The notes beneath the pieces were generated by a model. It was given only the letters and a program-made list of their open reading frames with translations. It made no database searches and was not told where the DNA came from. A stretch of 64,000 nt of DNA, from assembly GCA_045803545.1 (NCBI GenBank), contig JBJMOW010000004.1, positions 960,001-1,024,000 of the forward strand, in the 5' to 3' direction. The position numbers and the translations under genes were made by a program. This document shows positions 10,135 to 20,780 of the stretch, piece by piece. Within the stretch, counting starts at the first letter, position 1. Each line of letters starts with the position of its first letter. This DNA is from Gemmatimonadaceae bacterium. Its GTDB lineage: Bacteria; Gemmatimonadota; Gemmatimonadetes; Gemmatimonadales; Gemmatimonadaceae.

Positions 10135-11523
10135 TTATCTCAAAGTCGTCACACTGCCGGTCGCACGAGCGAGCGCGACACGAGCGAGCTGATACGCAGT
10201 TTCGGCGTCGTTCACCAACGTCCGCGATGCTGTGAGCGCAAGCGATGCATTCACAACGTCTGCGTTCCCTGCCACTCCGGCGTTGAAGCGATCCCGCGCC
10301 TGTGCCAGCTCCTGCTGGGCCAGACTAAGTCGCTCCGTTGCCGCGGCTACCTGCTCGGTGGCGTTCGCCAGATCTAGGAGAGCCCCGCGGACATCCGCCT
10401 CTGCCTGCTGCTCGAGATCGCGGCGCCGAATTTCCGCTTCTTTCACCACGGATCGCTGTTCCTGAACGCGAGCCTCGCGACGGAATCCGTCGAAAATCGG
10501 CAGGGAGACCTGCAGGCCCCAGGTGTAAGTGCCCAAAAGCTTTCCTCCGGTCTTCCCAATTACACCGTCATCGGCGACAAGCCCCAGAGTAGGCAACCGT
10601 TCCGCTTTGATAGCTGAGAGTCCCTGCTTCGCGGCACGCACCCGCTCTTCTTCGGCGATCAGATCTGGCCGATTGCGTATGGCCTGGCTGACCAGCGTAG
10701 CCTCATCGGGCAAAGTCTGACGTGCTGCCGTCGGGGATAAGGAATCAGCGAGAACGACCTCGGTCCCGACCGGAAGCGAGAGCGCGCGAAGCACATCGAG
10801 ATGCGCGTGATCGCGTGCGTTCCGTGAGCTAATCAGGCTGGCGCGCGTGGCGGCCAGCTGCGCCTTGGCGCGCGTGACGTCCAGTCCGACTCCGGTGCCC
10901 GCCTGAAGCTGGGACTGCGCGATGCGAAGGAGCTCGGTCGCCAGGACGGTATCGGCCTGTCGAGCCCGCAAATCTGCGTCAGCGCGCATTGCTCTCACGT
11001 ATGCGGTTGTCGCAGTGGTCGCCGCCAATTCGGCGCTCGCATCCGCATCAGCGTTGGACGACCTCGCCTGCGCCTGTGCAGATCTCACGCGACCAATCGC
11101 ACTGAAGTCGAGCAGATTTTGCTGCACGCGACCGCGAATGTCGACGAGATTAACCGGGCCTTCCACCTGGCCAGCGGGATCGAAAATCGGTGGTTGGCCG
11201 GGGGGCGAGGGAAAATCGATGCCGAAGGTGGCGGTGTTGAAGGTGTGCCCTGATTGATTCGCGTACGCGGTCAAATTCGGAAGCAGGTCCGCGCGACGCT
11301 CGCGTACGCGAGCCTGGGCTTCATCAGCGCGAAGGCGCGCGCCCAGGGCAACGGCGCTTTGTCGCGCGGCCAAACGCGCAGCTTCGCCGAGTGAAAGCGT
11401 AACGAGACCGTCGACCGGGCGAGGCAACGAATCGACGTTTTGGGCCAATAGTGGAGGCGATACGATTGCAATCGTTGCGGCGACAGCGATCGCGCGCCGA
11501 ACGCTAGAGAAAATCTCAGTCAT
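10135..11523 (-). CDS. TolC-family outer membrane efflux protein
   Basis: Signal peptide, two OEP-like repeats, LQVSLPIFDG; in operon with emrAB. Confidence 0.88.
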   Translation of the reverse strand: MTEIFSSVRRAIAVAATIAIVSPPLLAQNVDSLPRPVDGLVTLSLGEAARLAARQSAVALGARLRADEAQARVRERRADLLPNLTAYANQSGHTFNTATFGIDFPSPPGQPPIFDPAGQVEGPVNLVDIRGRVQQNLLDFSAIGRVRSAQAQARSSNADADASAELAATTATTAYVRAMRADADLRARQADTVLATELLRIAQSQLQAGTGVGLDVTRAKAQLAATRASLISSRNARDHAHLDVLRALSLPVGTEVVLADSLSPTAARQTLPDEATLVSQAIRNRPDLIAEEERVRAAKQGLSAIKAERLPTLGLVADDGVIGKTGGKLLGTYTWGLQVSLPIFDGFRREARVQEQRSVVKEAEIRRRDLEQQAEADVRGALLDLANATEQVAAATERLSLAQQELAQARDRFNAGVAGNADVVNASLALTASRTLVNDAETAYQLARVALARATGSVTTLR

Positions 11524-12223
11524 TGTGAAAAGGGAAGAACGAAACTGCAGGGGCGCCGTCAGCCTGTTCGCAGGCGCCGATGGATGTGGTGAGGGAGTGT
11601 AGATAGAACTGCGCCAGCTCGCGAAAAACTTCCTCGCGCTTCTTGTGGCAAAGGAGCGGGACGCCGGTGTGCTCGTCGCTCCAGATGGCGTTCATCACCG
11701 TGAGTGCGACCAGCATGCGCGCGGCAACCATTGGATCGACTTCGCGAAATTCGCCGGCCTCGGTGCCGCGGCGGATGATACCGCTGAGCAGCCTTAGTCC
11801 GCGGGCAGTGACTTCATCGGCGTAGAAACGCGCGAGGTCGGGGAACCGATGCAGCTCGCCGAGGACCAGGCGGTGCAGGGTATTGAAGAGTGGAGAGCTA
11901 ACGAAAGCCCAGTACCCGCGCATTGCGCCGTAAAGCTGTTCGCTGGGCGATCCGCCCTGGCTCGCAGTTTTTTCGCCCGTTTCAATCGCGGCGACGGCGG
12001 TTTGGCGGACTACTTCCCGGAAGAGCTCTTCCTTGTTCGGGAAGTAGAGGTAGATGGTTCCCTTGGAGACTCCGGCGCGGGCGGCGATATCCTGGAGGCG
12101 GGCCTTGGCGAGTCCGCACTCGCCGAAGACCTCTAGTGCGGCCTCGATGATCTGCTGGGGCCGGTGCTCGGGTCTTCTGCGCCACTTGGGCGATTTTGCG
12201 ACGGCTGGTATGGTAGCGGACAT
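11516..12223 (-). CDS. TetR/AcrR family transcriptional regulator
   Basis: HTH IAARAGVSKGTIYLYFPNKEELF. Confidence 0.92.
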   Translation of the reverse strand: MSATIPAVAKSPKWRRRPEHRPQQIIEAALEVFGECGLAKARLQDIAARAGVSKGTIYLYFPNKEELFREVVRQTAVAAIETGEKTASQGGSPSEQLYGAMRGYWAFVSSPLFNTLHRLVLGELHRFPDLARFYADEVTARGLRLLSGIIRRGTEAGEFREVDPMVAARMLVALTVMNAIWSDEHTGVPLLCHKKREEVFRELAQFYLHSLTTSIGACEQADGAPAVSFFPFHND

Positions 12224-12241
12224 TGCGGTAAACACATAGTA

Positions 12242-12255
12242 ACTGACCGGTCAGT
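12242..12255. promoter_or_regulatory. Perfect 14-bp palindrome, likely TetR operator
   Basis: ACTGACCGGTCAGT about 20 bp upstream of the tetR-tolC-emrAB operon start. Confidence 0.7.
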
Positions 12256-12365
12256 AAGATATATTGAGTCATCTCTGGAGTAAAGGGGAACAACGACGCT
12301 TGCTGCTGCCTGCTTCGGCTAGCCGCCGAGCAGCTGGCTCAAAGCCCAGCGGCCAGCGCCGTTTG

Positions 12366-12521
12366 TTAATGCCTCGTTATCGCTTTTGACTCCTCGAGAT
12401 GCCTGTACTTCGCATTCGTCAGCAGCACGATCGAAGTCAGGATGAGGAATAGGGTCACCGCGCTGAGGATGAAGCCGGTGAGCGCAGCAGCGAGATCGGT
12501 TTTCTTTTTGATCGCCATCAT
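12366..12521 (-). CDS. Small single-TM membrane protein (51 aa)
   Basis: ATG overlaps the PPIase stop (ATGA); MMAIKKKTD followed by a hydrophobic helix. Confidence 0.55.
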   Translation of the reverse strand: MMAIKKKTDLAAALTGFILSAVTLFLILTSIVLLTNAKYRHLEESKAITRH

Positions 12522-12997
12522 TTCGCTCCCGGCTCGCTCGCCACGCGTGCCTTCGACAGGGTGTCGTTCTGATTGATCTTCGGAATCACCTCGAGCCCTT
12601 CGACCACCCGCCCGAAAACTGTGTGCACCCCGTTCAGGTGTCGAGTGTTCGCCTCGCTGAGCACGATGAAGAACTGGCTGCCGCCGGTATCCTTGCCCGC
12701 GTGCGCCATCGATAGTGCGCCAACCTGATGCTTGTTCGGATTCCCGGACGTTTCGCATTTGATCTTGTAGCCAGGCCCACCGGTTCCAACCGGTCCTTTC
12801 GCCTCGGCGCCGCCTTTCGAGTACGGGTCGCCACCCTGCACCATGAAATCCTTGATCACACGGTGGAACTTCGTTCCGTCGTAAAATCCTGAGTTCGCCA
12901 GCTTCTCGAAATTGGCGACAGTATTCGGCGCGTCTTTCTCGAACAGCTCGGCGCGCATAGTTCCTTTGTTCGTTTCGATTGTGGCGATTTTCGTCAT
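12518..12997 (-). CDS. Cyclophilin-type peptidyl-prolyl isomerase
   Basis: [34 protein letters not shown] and HTVFG motifs. Confidence 0.96.
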   Translation of the reverse strand: MTKIATIETNKGTMRAELFEKDAPNTVANFEKLANSGFYDGTKFHRVIKDFMVQGGDPYSKGGAEAKGPVGTGGPGYKIKCETSGNPNKHQVGALSMAHAGKDTGGSQFFIVLSEANTRHLNGVHTVFGRVVEGLEVIPKINQNDTLSKARVASEPGAK

Positions 12998-13032
12998 TAG
13001 TCGAGGAAGGGAATTGCTAAAACTAACACACA

Positions 13033-13090
13033 GATTGAGGCGTTCGGACCAACAGCCTGAACTGGCTGTTTTAGTCCGAACGCCTCAATC
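13033..13090. repeat. 58-bp hairpin element, minimal copy of the GATTGAGGCGTTCGGAC IR family
   Basis: Perfect 17-bp terminal IR plus inner AACAGCC/GGCTGTT stem; first 25 bp identical to the copies at 30676 and 56071. Confidence 0.92.
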
Positions 13091-13754
13091 ATTTCCGCGC
13101 GGCGCGAAATCCGGCGGGTCGTTCCCGGCTCGCCTGGTCGAGCGCGCGACGCACGCCCGCCGCATCAAAGTCGGTCCCATACACCGGAGATCCCGGCTGC
13201 TGCTTCCATGACTCGTCGAGTCCGCCCGCGTCAACAGCGTCAAATCCCATCTCGTCGAGCAGCTTGATCACGACATCCTTGGCTTGCTTGTCGTCGCCGG
13301 CCACCGGCAACGCAATGCGTCCGGGCGTGCCACGTGGTTTACCGCGGTCCAGCAGATGCTTCGCGTAGATGTTGTTAAATGCTTTCACAACCGGTCGTCC
13401 GAGCTGCTGCGCTACCCACCGACTCTCGGTCGTTCCTGATTCGATGTCAGACAGGTAGCCGTCTCGCTGAGGGTAATAATTGCCGGTGTCGACTATCACT
13501 GCGGTTGCAGGTGTGTCAGCGAATAGATCGCGCGGCAACCTGGGGATGCTCTTCTCCGGAATGGTGACTATCACAACCTCACCCTTCCGCGCCGCTTCGC
13601 TCGGTGTCACCGCTTTGGCGCCAGTCTCGCGCGCGAGACCGTCCAGGGTCTCCGGACCACGAGAGTTCGCGACATAGACCTCGTGACCAAGCTGACTGAG
13701 ACGGCGAGTAAGATTGCCGCCAATGTGTCCGGCTCCGATGATTCCGATTCTCAT
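13089..13754 (-). CDS. NADP(H)-dependent oxidoreductase, F420_oxidored-like family
   Basis: GIIGAGHIG Rossmann motif; VDTGNYYP, VVKAFNNI and GFDAVDAG. Confidence 0.88.
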   Translation of the reverse strand: MRIGIIGAGHIGGNLTRRLSQLGHEVYVANSRGPETLDGLARETGAKAVTPSEAARKGEVVIVTIPEKSIPRLPRDLFADTPATAVIVDTGNYYPQRDGYLSDIESGTTESRWVAQQLGRPVVKAFNNIYAKHLLDRGKPRGTPGRIALPVAGDDKQAKDVVIKLLDEMGFDAVDAGGLDESWKQQPGSPVYGTDFDAAGVRRALDQASRERPAGFRAARK

Positions 13755-13764
13755 ATCTGCTCCG

Positions 13765-14466
13765 TTAAATAGTGCTCGACGGGCAAATCTCGACCAGCGT
13801 GCAGCTCACACACTGCGGTGAGCGGGCGAAACAGACTCGACGCCCGTGAAAGATCAACACGTGGGCGAGCATCGTCCAATCGTCGCGCTCAATGAGACCC
13901 ATCAAATCCTGCTCGGCTTTCACGGGATCGGTTTGACGCGTGAGGCCAAGTCGCACTGCGAGCCTGCCAACGTGAGTGTCGACGACCACGCCTTCGTTCT
14001 TGCCGAACGCATTGCCGAGTATGACGTTGGCGGTCTTGCGACCAACGCCGGGTAGTTTGACCAGCTCCTCCATCGAGTCGGGGACTGCGCCCTTGTGCCG
14101 CTCGACCAGCGCCTTACCGAGCGCGATCAGGCTCTTTGTCTTGTTGCGAAAGAATCCGGTGCTCCTGATCATCTCCTCCAGCACCGTCGGATTCGCATCG
14201 GCGAGCGATTGAGCCGTCGGAAAAGCCTTGAACAGCGCTGGCGTCACCAAGTTGACGCGCTTGTCGGTGCACTGAGCGCTGAGGATGGTTGCTATCAAGA
14301 GCTCGAGCGGGGTGGAGTAATCCAGCTCGACGTGCGCGTCGGGATAAAGGTTGCGCAGCCGCGTGTACAGCTCGCGGGTGTGGGCCGGGATCTGCGCTTT
14401 CGCAATCGAACGTCTGCGCCGGCTGGCAATCGCCTTCTTCAGTTTCTTGACGATCGTTTTTTTCAT
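13765..14466 (-). CDS. nth: Endonuclease III
   Basis: LSAQCTD, Hh[16 protein letters not shown] and C-terminal 4Fe-4S cysteine cluster. Confidence 0.96.
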   Translation of the reverse strand: MKKTIVKKLKKAIASRRRRSIAKAQIPAHTRELYTRLRNLYPDAHVELDYSTPLELLIATILSAQCTDKRVNLVTPALFKAFPTAQSLADANPTVLEEMIRSTGFFRNKTKSLIALGKALVERHKGAVPDSMEELVKLPGVGRKTANVILGNAFGKNEGVVVDTHVGRLAVRLGLTRQTDPVKAEQDLMGLIERDDWTMLAHVLIFHGRRVCFARSPQCVSCTLVEICPSSTI

Positions 14467-16196
14467 TTACGCCTTTTTCGGGCGAACGCTAGTACATCGT
14501 CCGCGCCGCGGGTGTTGAGGATCTCTACAGACTCGAGCCACGCCTTCCGGGCGAGGCCGATTCCGAAGTGAACATTGTCGAGCCCGGGCACCGAATGCGC
14601 GTCCGGGCCGATCTCGATCGTCACTCCCAATTCCTTCGCGCGACGGCAATAGCGCCAGTCGAGATCGAGCCGATGCGGATCGGCGTTGAGCTCGACCGAC
14701 ACACCGACTTGAGCGGCCTTTTCGAGCACGGCCTCGACATCAAGTGCGTACGGCTCGCGCGACAACAATAATCTTCCGGTCGGATGCGCGAGAATCGTAA
14801 GGTGTGGGTCGTCGAGCGCAGCGAGTACACGCTTCGTCATTGCATCGCCGTCCATGCTAAAGCGCGAATGGATCGAGCCGATGACGTAGTCGAAGGTATC
14901 CAGAACGTCGGAGTCGTAGTCGACGCGGCCGTCGGCGAGAATGTCGGCTTCGATTCCCTTGAGAATCCGGAAGTTCTTGAGCCGGACGTTGATCTCGTCG
15001 ATCTCCTCATGTTGGCGCAGCAAACGATCGCGCTTCAAGCCGCGAGCGTAAAACGCAGACTCCGAGTGATCGGAGATGCCGATGTAATCCCAGCCGCGCT
15101 CAATCGCGCCCTCGGCCAGCTCCTCGATCGTCGCGACACCGTCGGAGTAATCCGAATGGCAGTGAAGGATGCCTCGCAAGTCTTCATAGACGACGAGATC
15201 GGGCAGCTCGTGGCGGGCGGACGCTTCGACTTCGCCCATGCCCTCGCGCATTTCGGGCGGAATCGGCAGGAGATCTAGCGCGGTGAAAAACGCATCCTCA
15301 TCCTCGACCGGAATTCGCTTTCCGTCGGGTCCGATCAACGAGTTGCCGCGAATTTCGAAGCCGCGCTCCTTTGCCAGTTCGCGCACCTCGTCGACGTGCG
15401 GCGAATTGCCCGTCGCGCGCCATAGGGCTACCGGATAGTCGGCTTTGGTGACGCAGTGAATGTCGAGATGGGTTCCGTCAACGAATCGAATCTGGACCGA
15501 GCCCGGCTCATCGGGCTTCGAGGTCGCCTCGCGCACACCCGGCGATCTCGCAAAGGAATCGGCAACCTTGACCGGATCCTTCGTGCACTCGGCGACGATG
15601 TCGACGTCAGCGACGAGCTCATTGTGCCGCCTGATCGAGCCGGCGATTTCCGCGTGGTCGACGTCGGGATGGCGGTCGACATTTGTCGCGAGCATGTGGG
15701 CCTGGATGATCGCCGCCGGGAATCGCTGCAGATGCGCATCGCGTCGCACGACCTCGATTCCGCGAAGTATCTTGTGGGCCGTCTTGTCGCCGAACTTCGG
15801 CAGCTTGGCGAGCTCACCGTTCTGAGCGACGCGTTCGAGATCTTCGAGGGTCTGGACGCCGAGCTCGGCGTGAATGAATTGGATTTTTTCGGCATTGAGT
15901 CCGGGGACGCGCATCAAATCCACCATCCCCGACGGCATTCCTTCGCTGAGCTGATTCAGGTATCGCGATTCGCCAGTCTCGACGAGGTCTCGGACGACCG
16001 AGAGCGTAGCGGGGCCGATACCGGGTGTGTCAGCGAGCTCGCCGGAACGGAGCAGCGGACCCAGGTCATCGGTGTCGAGCGCGATCAATGCGCGCGCGGC
16101 CCCCTGATACGCTTTAGCCTTGAACCTTTGTTCGCCTTTCAAACGAAGAAGCGAACCGATTTGGGAGAGAACGTGCGCTGCTGACCGCGAATCCAT
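14463..16196 (-). CDS. polX: DNA polymerase X with PHP exonuclease domain
   Basis: HhH motifs, AGSIRR..DVD catalytic motif, ATGN, PHP motif HCHSDYSDG, and GPDAH. Confidence 0.93.
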   Translation of the reverse strand: MDSRSAAHVLSQIGSLLRLKGEQRFKAKAYQGAARALIALDTDDLGPLLRSGELADTPGIGPATLSVVRDLVETGESRYLNQLSEGMPSGMVDLMRVPGLNAEKIQFIHAELGVQTLEDLERVAQNGELAKLPKFGDKTAHKILRGIEVVRRDAHLQRFPAAIIQAHMLATNVDRHPDVDHAEIAGSIRRHNELVADVDIVAECTKDPVKVADSFARSPGVREATSKPDEPGSVQIRFVDGTHLDIHCVTKADYPVALWRATGNSPHVDEVRELAKERGFEIRGNSLIGPDGKRIPVEDEDAFFTALDLLPIPPEMREGMGEVEASARHELPDLVVYEDLRGILHCHSDYSDGVATIEELAEGAIERGWDYIGISDHSESAFYARGLKRDRLLRQHEEIDEINVRLKNFRILKGIEADILADGRVDYDSDVLDTFDYVIGSIHSRFSMDGDAMTKRVLAALDDPHLTILAHPTGRLLLSREPYALDVEAVLEKAAQVGVSVELNADPHRLDLDWRYCRRAKELGVTIEIGPDAHSVPGLDNVHFGIGLARKAWLESVEILNTRGADDVLAFARKRRK

Positions 16197-16250
16197 TCCC
16201 GCAATTTAAGCGGGATGCCTGCCCGTCTCCTTCCTTAAGGAAGGGCGAAA

Positions 16251-16712
16251 TCAGGTCGCTTCTTCGACGCCGGCGTGGAAGGGGAGGGTCTTCACGATCT
16301 CCTCTATCTGCTTCTGAATCAGCTCGAGCTCCTGGCTGGCGCCCTCACTGTCCAGCATGCCGTGCCGCATCGTCACGGCCACCCGGTTCATGTACTTGAT
16401 CTTGGTGATGATTTCTTCGGTGGCCCGACGGAGTCGGATATAGCGACGCTTGTCCGCCAGTGCGCGGTGGCAACGCCGCTCGAGATCCTGGGGAGTGAGC
16501 TTACGCGCCGTCTCGACGGCTTCGGCGATGGTACGACCGGGAACAGCGCCGTGATCGGGGATTCCCATTTGGTCGCTGTTTGGATCGCTGAACCAGAGCC
16601 TGCCGATGTATTCGACACCGTCATAGGCGAGACGGAGCGCTACTCTGTATTCCTTGCCGTCAACCGTGATCGAGCTGATCGCGTGCTGCGTTACGCCGGA
16701 ATCTGATGTCAT
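16251..16712 (-). CDS. Hypothetical protein
   Basis: ORF co-directional with its neighbours, with protein-like composition; no recognised motif. Confidence 0.7.
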   Translation of the reverse strand: MTSDSGVTQHAISSITVDGKEYRVALRLAYDGVEYIGRLWFSDPNSDQMGIPDHGAVPGRTIAEAVETARKLTPQDLERRCHRALADKRRYIRLRRATEEIITKIKYMNRVAVTMRHGMLDSEGASQELELIQKQIEEIVKTLPFHAGVEEAT

Positions 16713-16721
16713 GGCTGAATT

Positions 16722-17645
16722 TCAGCGTCGTACAGGCGGATTTGTCTCATCCAGGAATGGTTCGAGTGCCGCGAAAAGCCGGTCCGGTTGTTCAACGTAC
16801 GGCACATGCCCGCAGTCGTCCAGCACCACCAGGTCCGTTCCGAGGGCGTTAGCAGCGTCACTGGAAGACGCTAATGGAATAGGATCGTCACGCCCGTGGA
16901 TCACAATTGAAGGGATTTTAATCGCTTCCAGGTCAGGAAACAGGTTGAAATCACCGAGACTTTGCCACACAGACTGCTGGATCCTGCCGATGACCCGGAA
17001 GGGCGTGAGGTCGGTTGCCTTGCGCGGATCGGAGAAATACCCGGCAACGCTCAACTCAAACGCGCGGTGGCGGTTGGCTTCCGGATCGCGTTCGCGCAAA
17101 CCAGACGCGTTCAGCTCGTCGCGCAACCGCTGGATTTCAGGACTCGCCTGCCTGCGTGCAAACTCGGCGTCGAACTGTGCGCGATACTCGCGGGTCAGTG
17201 GCGCTGGGTTGATCAGCGCCAGCCGTGCCGGTGGGATCAGATGCGGGTTTCTCCGCTGTTCGATCGCGTACAGAAGCGCCAGCATCGCACCCCAGGAGTA
17301 TCCAACGATCGAAAGTGGTTCGAGCCGGTGCTCGTCGGCAATCCGTCCCAGATCATCGACGTGAGTCCGCCACGTCACCTGCATCCGCGCGTCGGTTCGC
17401 GATCGTCCGCCACCGCGCTGATCGTAAAAGGTGAGATCGTATTTCTCGCCGAGCCGCAGCATTTGCGGCAACAGATAACAGTGATCGGCGCCCGGCCCGC
17501 CGTGCAGGACTATGAGCTTTGGTGCGCCGGTCTTTCCGTACCTGGCCCAATAGATCGGGACTTCGGTTGAAGTTGTGAAGCCCTCCTCGCGCGGAGGCGG
17601 AATGCGGGAGGCGCGAGACGGGAGGCGGGAGGCGGAACTGCTCAA
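16722..17645 (-). CDS. Alpha/beta hydrolase (proline iminopeptidase-like)
   Basis: LHGGPG, YDQRGGGRS, GYSWG nucleophile elbow and CGHVP; the N-terminus overlaps a heptamer repeat, so the start is uncertain. Confidence 0.88.
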   Translation of the reverse strand: MSSSASRLPSRASRIPPPREEGFTTSTEVPIYWARYGKTGAPKLIVLHGGPGADHCYLLPQMLRLGEKYDLTFYDQRGGGRSRTDARMQVTWRTHVDDLGRIADEHRLEPLSIVGYSWGAMLALLYAIEQRRNPHLIPPARLALINPAPLTREYRAQFDAEFARRQASPEIQRLRDELNASGLRERDPEANRHRAFELSVAGYFSDPRKATDLTPFRVIGRIQQSVWQSLGDFNLFPDLEAIKIPSIVIHGRDDPIPLASSSDAANALGTDLVVLDDCGHVPYVEQPDRLFAALEPFLDETNPPVRR

Positions 17646-17676
17646 AGAGCCGGAGGTGGAGGCGAGAAGCGGGACG
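17591..17676. repeat. Degenerate 7-bp tandem repeat (CGGGAGG/CCTCCCG)
   Basis: gcggagg cggaatg cgggagg cgcgaga cgggagg cgggagg cggaact ... cgagaag cgggacg. Confidence 0.8.
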
Positions 17677-17677
17677 T

Positions 17678-18745
<1,068 letters not shown>

Positions 18746-18924
18746 GCGTGGTAAAGTTGACAGGTTTGGGCAGACACGGCCTCGAGGACGTGACGAGCGA
18801 GGAGAAGCAAAATGTATAGCAACAGGGACCTAAAATGACGTTGTAAGCGTGCGGGGCTGGCCTTCGCGAACGACTCTTGCAACTCGACGCGCGGTATCAA
18901 TCACTAGTACAGCGCTTGTTCATC

Positions 18925-20742
18925 ATGAGAAACGCCCTTCCGCTGCTGCTTGCATCTTTCTTCGCGACAGCAGTCCAATCGTCACCAGCGGCGGCACAAG
19001 CGGTCGCGACTTCCGCGCCAATCACCGATGTGCGCTACGAGGTGACCTTCACTCGCGCAAACGGTGAGCAGCGGCGCGTCGGTTCGGCGATGACCTTTAC
19101 CGTTGGAGGCATCGATCCGGTTGTGCTGGCGCTCCCGAAATGGACGCCGGGCGCCTACGAAATTGCCGATTTTTCGCGCGATGTGCTGAATTTTTCGGCC
19201 GAGCAGGCGGGCGCATCGCTGGCGTGGGATAAAGCGGGCCCCGACACGTGGCGTATTCGTCCACGTGGAGTTGGTGAAGTGACGGTACGGTTCGAATATC
19301 TCGCGGACAGCCTCGACAACGCCAACACGTGGGCGCGTCCCGACTTTCTTCTCTTCAACGGCACCAACCTCTTCCTCTATCCGGCGGGCCGGGGATTCGA
19401 TTTTCCAGCGTCAGTATCGGTGAATACCGAAGCTGGGTGGAAGGTGGTCACGGGGATGCGATCGGCGAGCCCACGACAATATTCGGCTCCGAACTACCAT
19501 GATTTGGTCGACTTCCCGTTTTTCGTCGGACAATTCGACGTCGACAGCGCCCAGATTTCGGGCACCTGGGTTCGCTTCGCGACTTACCCATCAGGCAGCG
19601 TGACTGGTGGTGCGCGCATCGCGGTATGGGAAGCGCTGAAGCGTGTCATTCCAGCCGAAGTCAAGGTCTTCAAAGAAGTGCCGTGGACGACATACAGTGT
19701 GCTTCAGATCGCGGATCCCAGCTACGGCGGCGGCTCCGGGTTGGAGCATCAGAACTCCCACGTTGACGTGCTCGGTCCCGGGATGCTGGGGACACCGGTG
19801 CTGCCCTCACTCTATGCCCACGAGATCTTTCACGCCTGGAACGTAAAGCGCCTACGGCCGGCGGACCTTTGGCCGTACCGCTACGACCAGGAGCAGCCAA
19901 CGACCTTACTGTGGGTCAGCGAAGGCATCACCGATTATTACGCGGATCTCGCCGAGGTACGCGGCGGAGTCATAAATCCGCAGGGATTCTACGAGGCGAC
20001 GAGTGACAAGATCTCGCAGGTGGAGCAGCTTCCGCCGACATCGCTCGAGGATGCATCACTGTCGACGTGGGTGCATCCGCGTGACGGCACCGAGTACATC
20101 TACTATCCGAAGGGCTCACTCGCCGGGTTGCTGATCGATATCATGATTCGTGACGCGAGCGGCAATCACAGCTCGCTCGACGATGTGATGCGCAACCTGT
20201 TCAACGCGGACTACAAGGGTGGGCGTGGATTCACCAATGAGGAATGGTGGGCGGCTATAACATCCGCCGCCAACGGAAAATCATTCGCCGATTTTTCTGC
20301 GCGCTACATCGACGGGCGCGAGCCGTTTCCTTACGAGCGAGTGCTGCCATTGGCGGGCTTGCGGCTCGCCCGCGATACCGCCCGAGTGCCGCAATTAGGC
20401 ATTGCGAGTCTGCAGGATTCGACGGGATTGCGAGTTACCGAAGTGATTCCCGGGAGTGCAGCCGCTACTGCGGGAGTACAGCCTGGTGATCAGCTCGTTT
20501 CAGTAGCGGGGTTCGACGCTGCCGATCCGAATTGGACCGATCGCTTTCGCGCCCGCTACTCGAGCGTGGCTGAGGGAACAGATCTGCCGGTAGTAATCAA
20601 GCGCGACGGTCAGCAGCAAACCCTGATGGCGCATCTGCATTTTGTGCTGCGGATCGAGTCGCGCGTCGTCGAGGATGTCAGGGCGTCGGCCAAGGCGAAA
20701 AGGATTAGATCGGGATTGCTGACGGGAACGACCAGTCCGTGA
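18925..20742 (+). CDS. M61 glycyl aminopeptidase-like metallopeptidase with PDZ domain
   Basis: Signal peptide; WTPGAY, GLEHQNS, HEIFHAWNVKRLRP, SEGITDYY, YYPKG; C-terminal PDZ. Confidence 0.92.
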   Translation: MRNALPLLLASFFATAVQSSPAAAQAVATSAPITDVRYEVTFTRANGEQRRVGSAMTFTVGGIDPVVLALPKWTPGAYEIADFSRDVLNFSAEQAGASLAWDKAGPDTWRIRPRGVGEVTVRFEYLADSLDNANTWARPDFLLFNGTNLFLYPAGRGFDFPASVSVNTEAGWKVVTGMRSASPRQYSAPNYHDLVDFPFFVGQFDVDSAQISGTWVRFATYPSGSVTGGARIAVWEALKRVIPAEVKVFKEVPWTTYSVLQIADPSYGGGSGLEHQNSHVDVLGPGMLGTPVLPSLYAHEIFHAWNVKRLRPADLWPYRYDQEQPTTLLWVSEGITDYYADLAEVRGGVINPQGFYEATSDKISQVEQLPPTSLEDASLSTWVHPRDGTEYIYYPKGSLAGLLIDIMIRDASGNHSSLDDVMRNLFNADYKGGRGFTNEEWWAAITSAANGKSFADFSARYIDGREPFPYERVLPLAGLRLARDTARVPQLGIASLQDSTGLRVTEVIPGSAAATAGVQPGDQLVSVAGFDAADPNWTDRFRARYSSVAEGTDLPVVIKRDGQQQTLMAHLHFVLRIESRVVEDVRASAKAKRIRSGLLTGTTSP

Positions 20743-20780
20743 TGCGAGCCAACGATTAGTTGGCTCTCATCACGCAGCTG

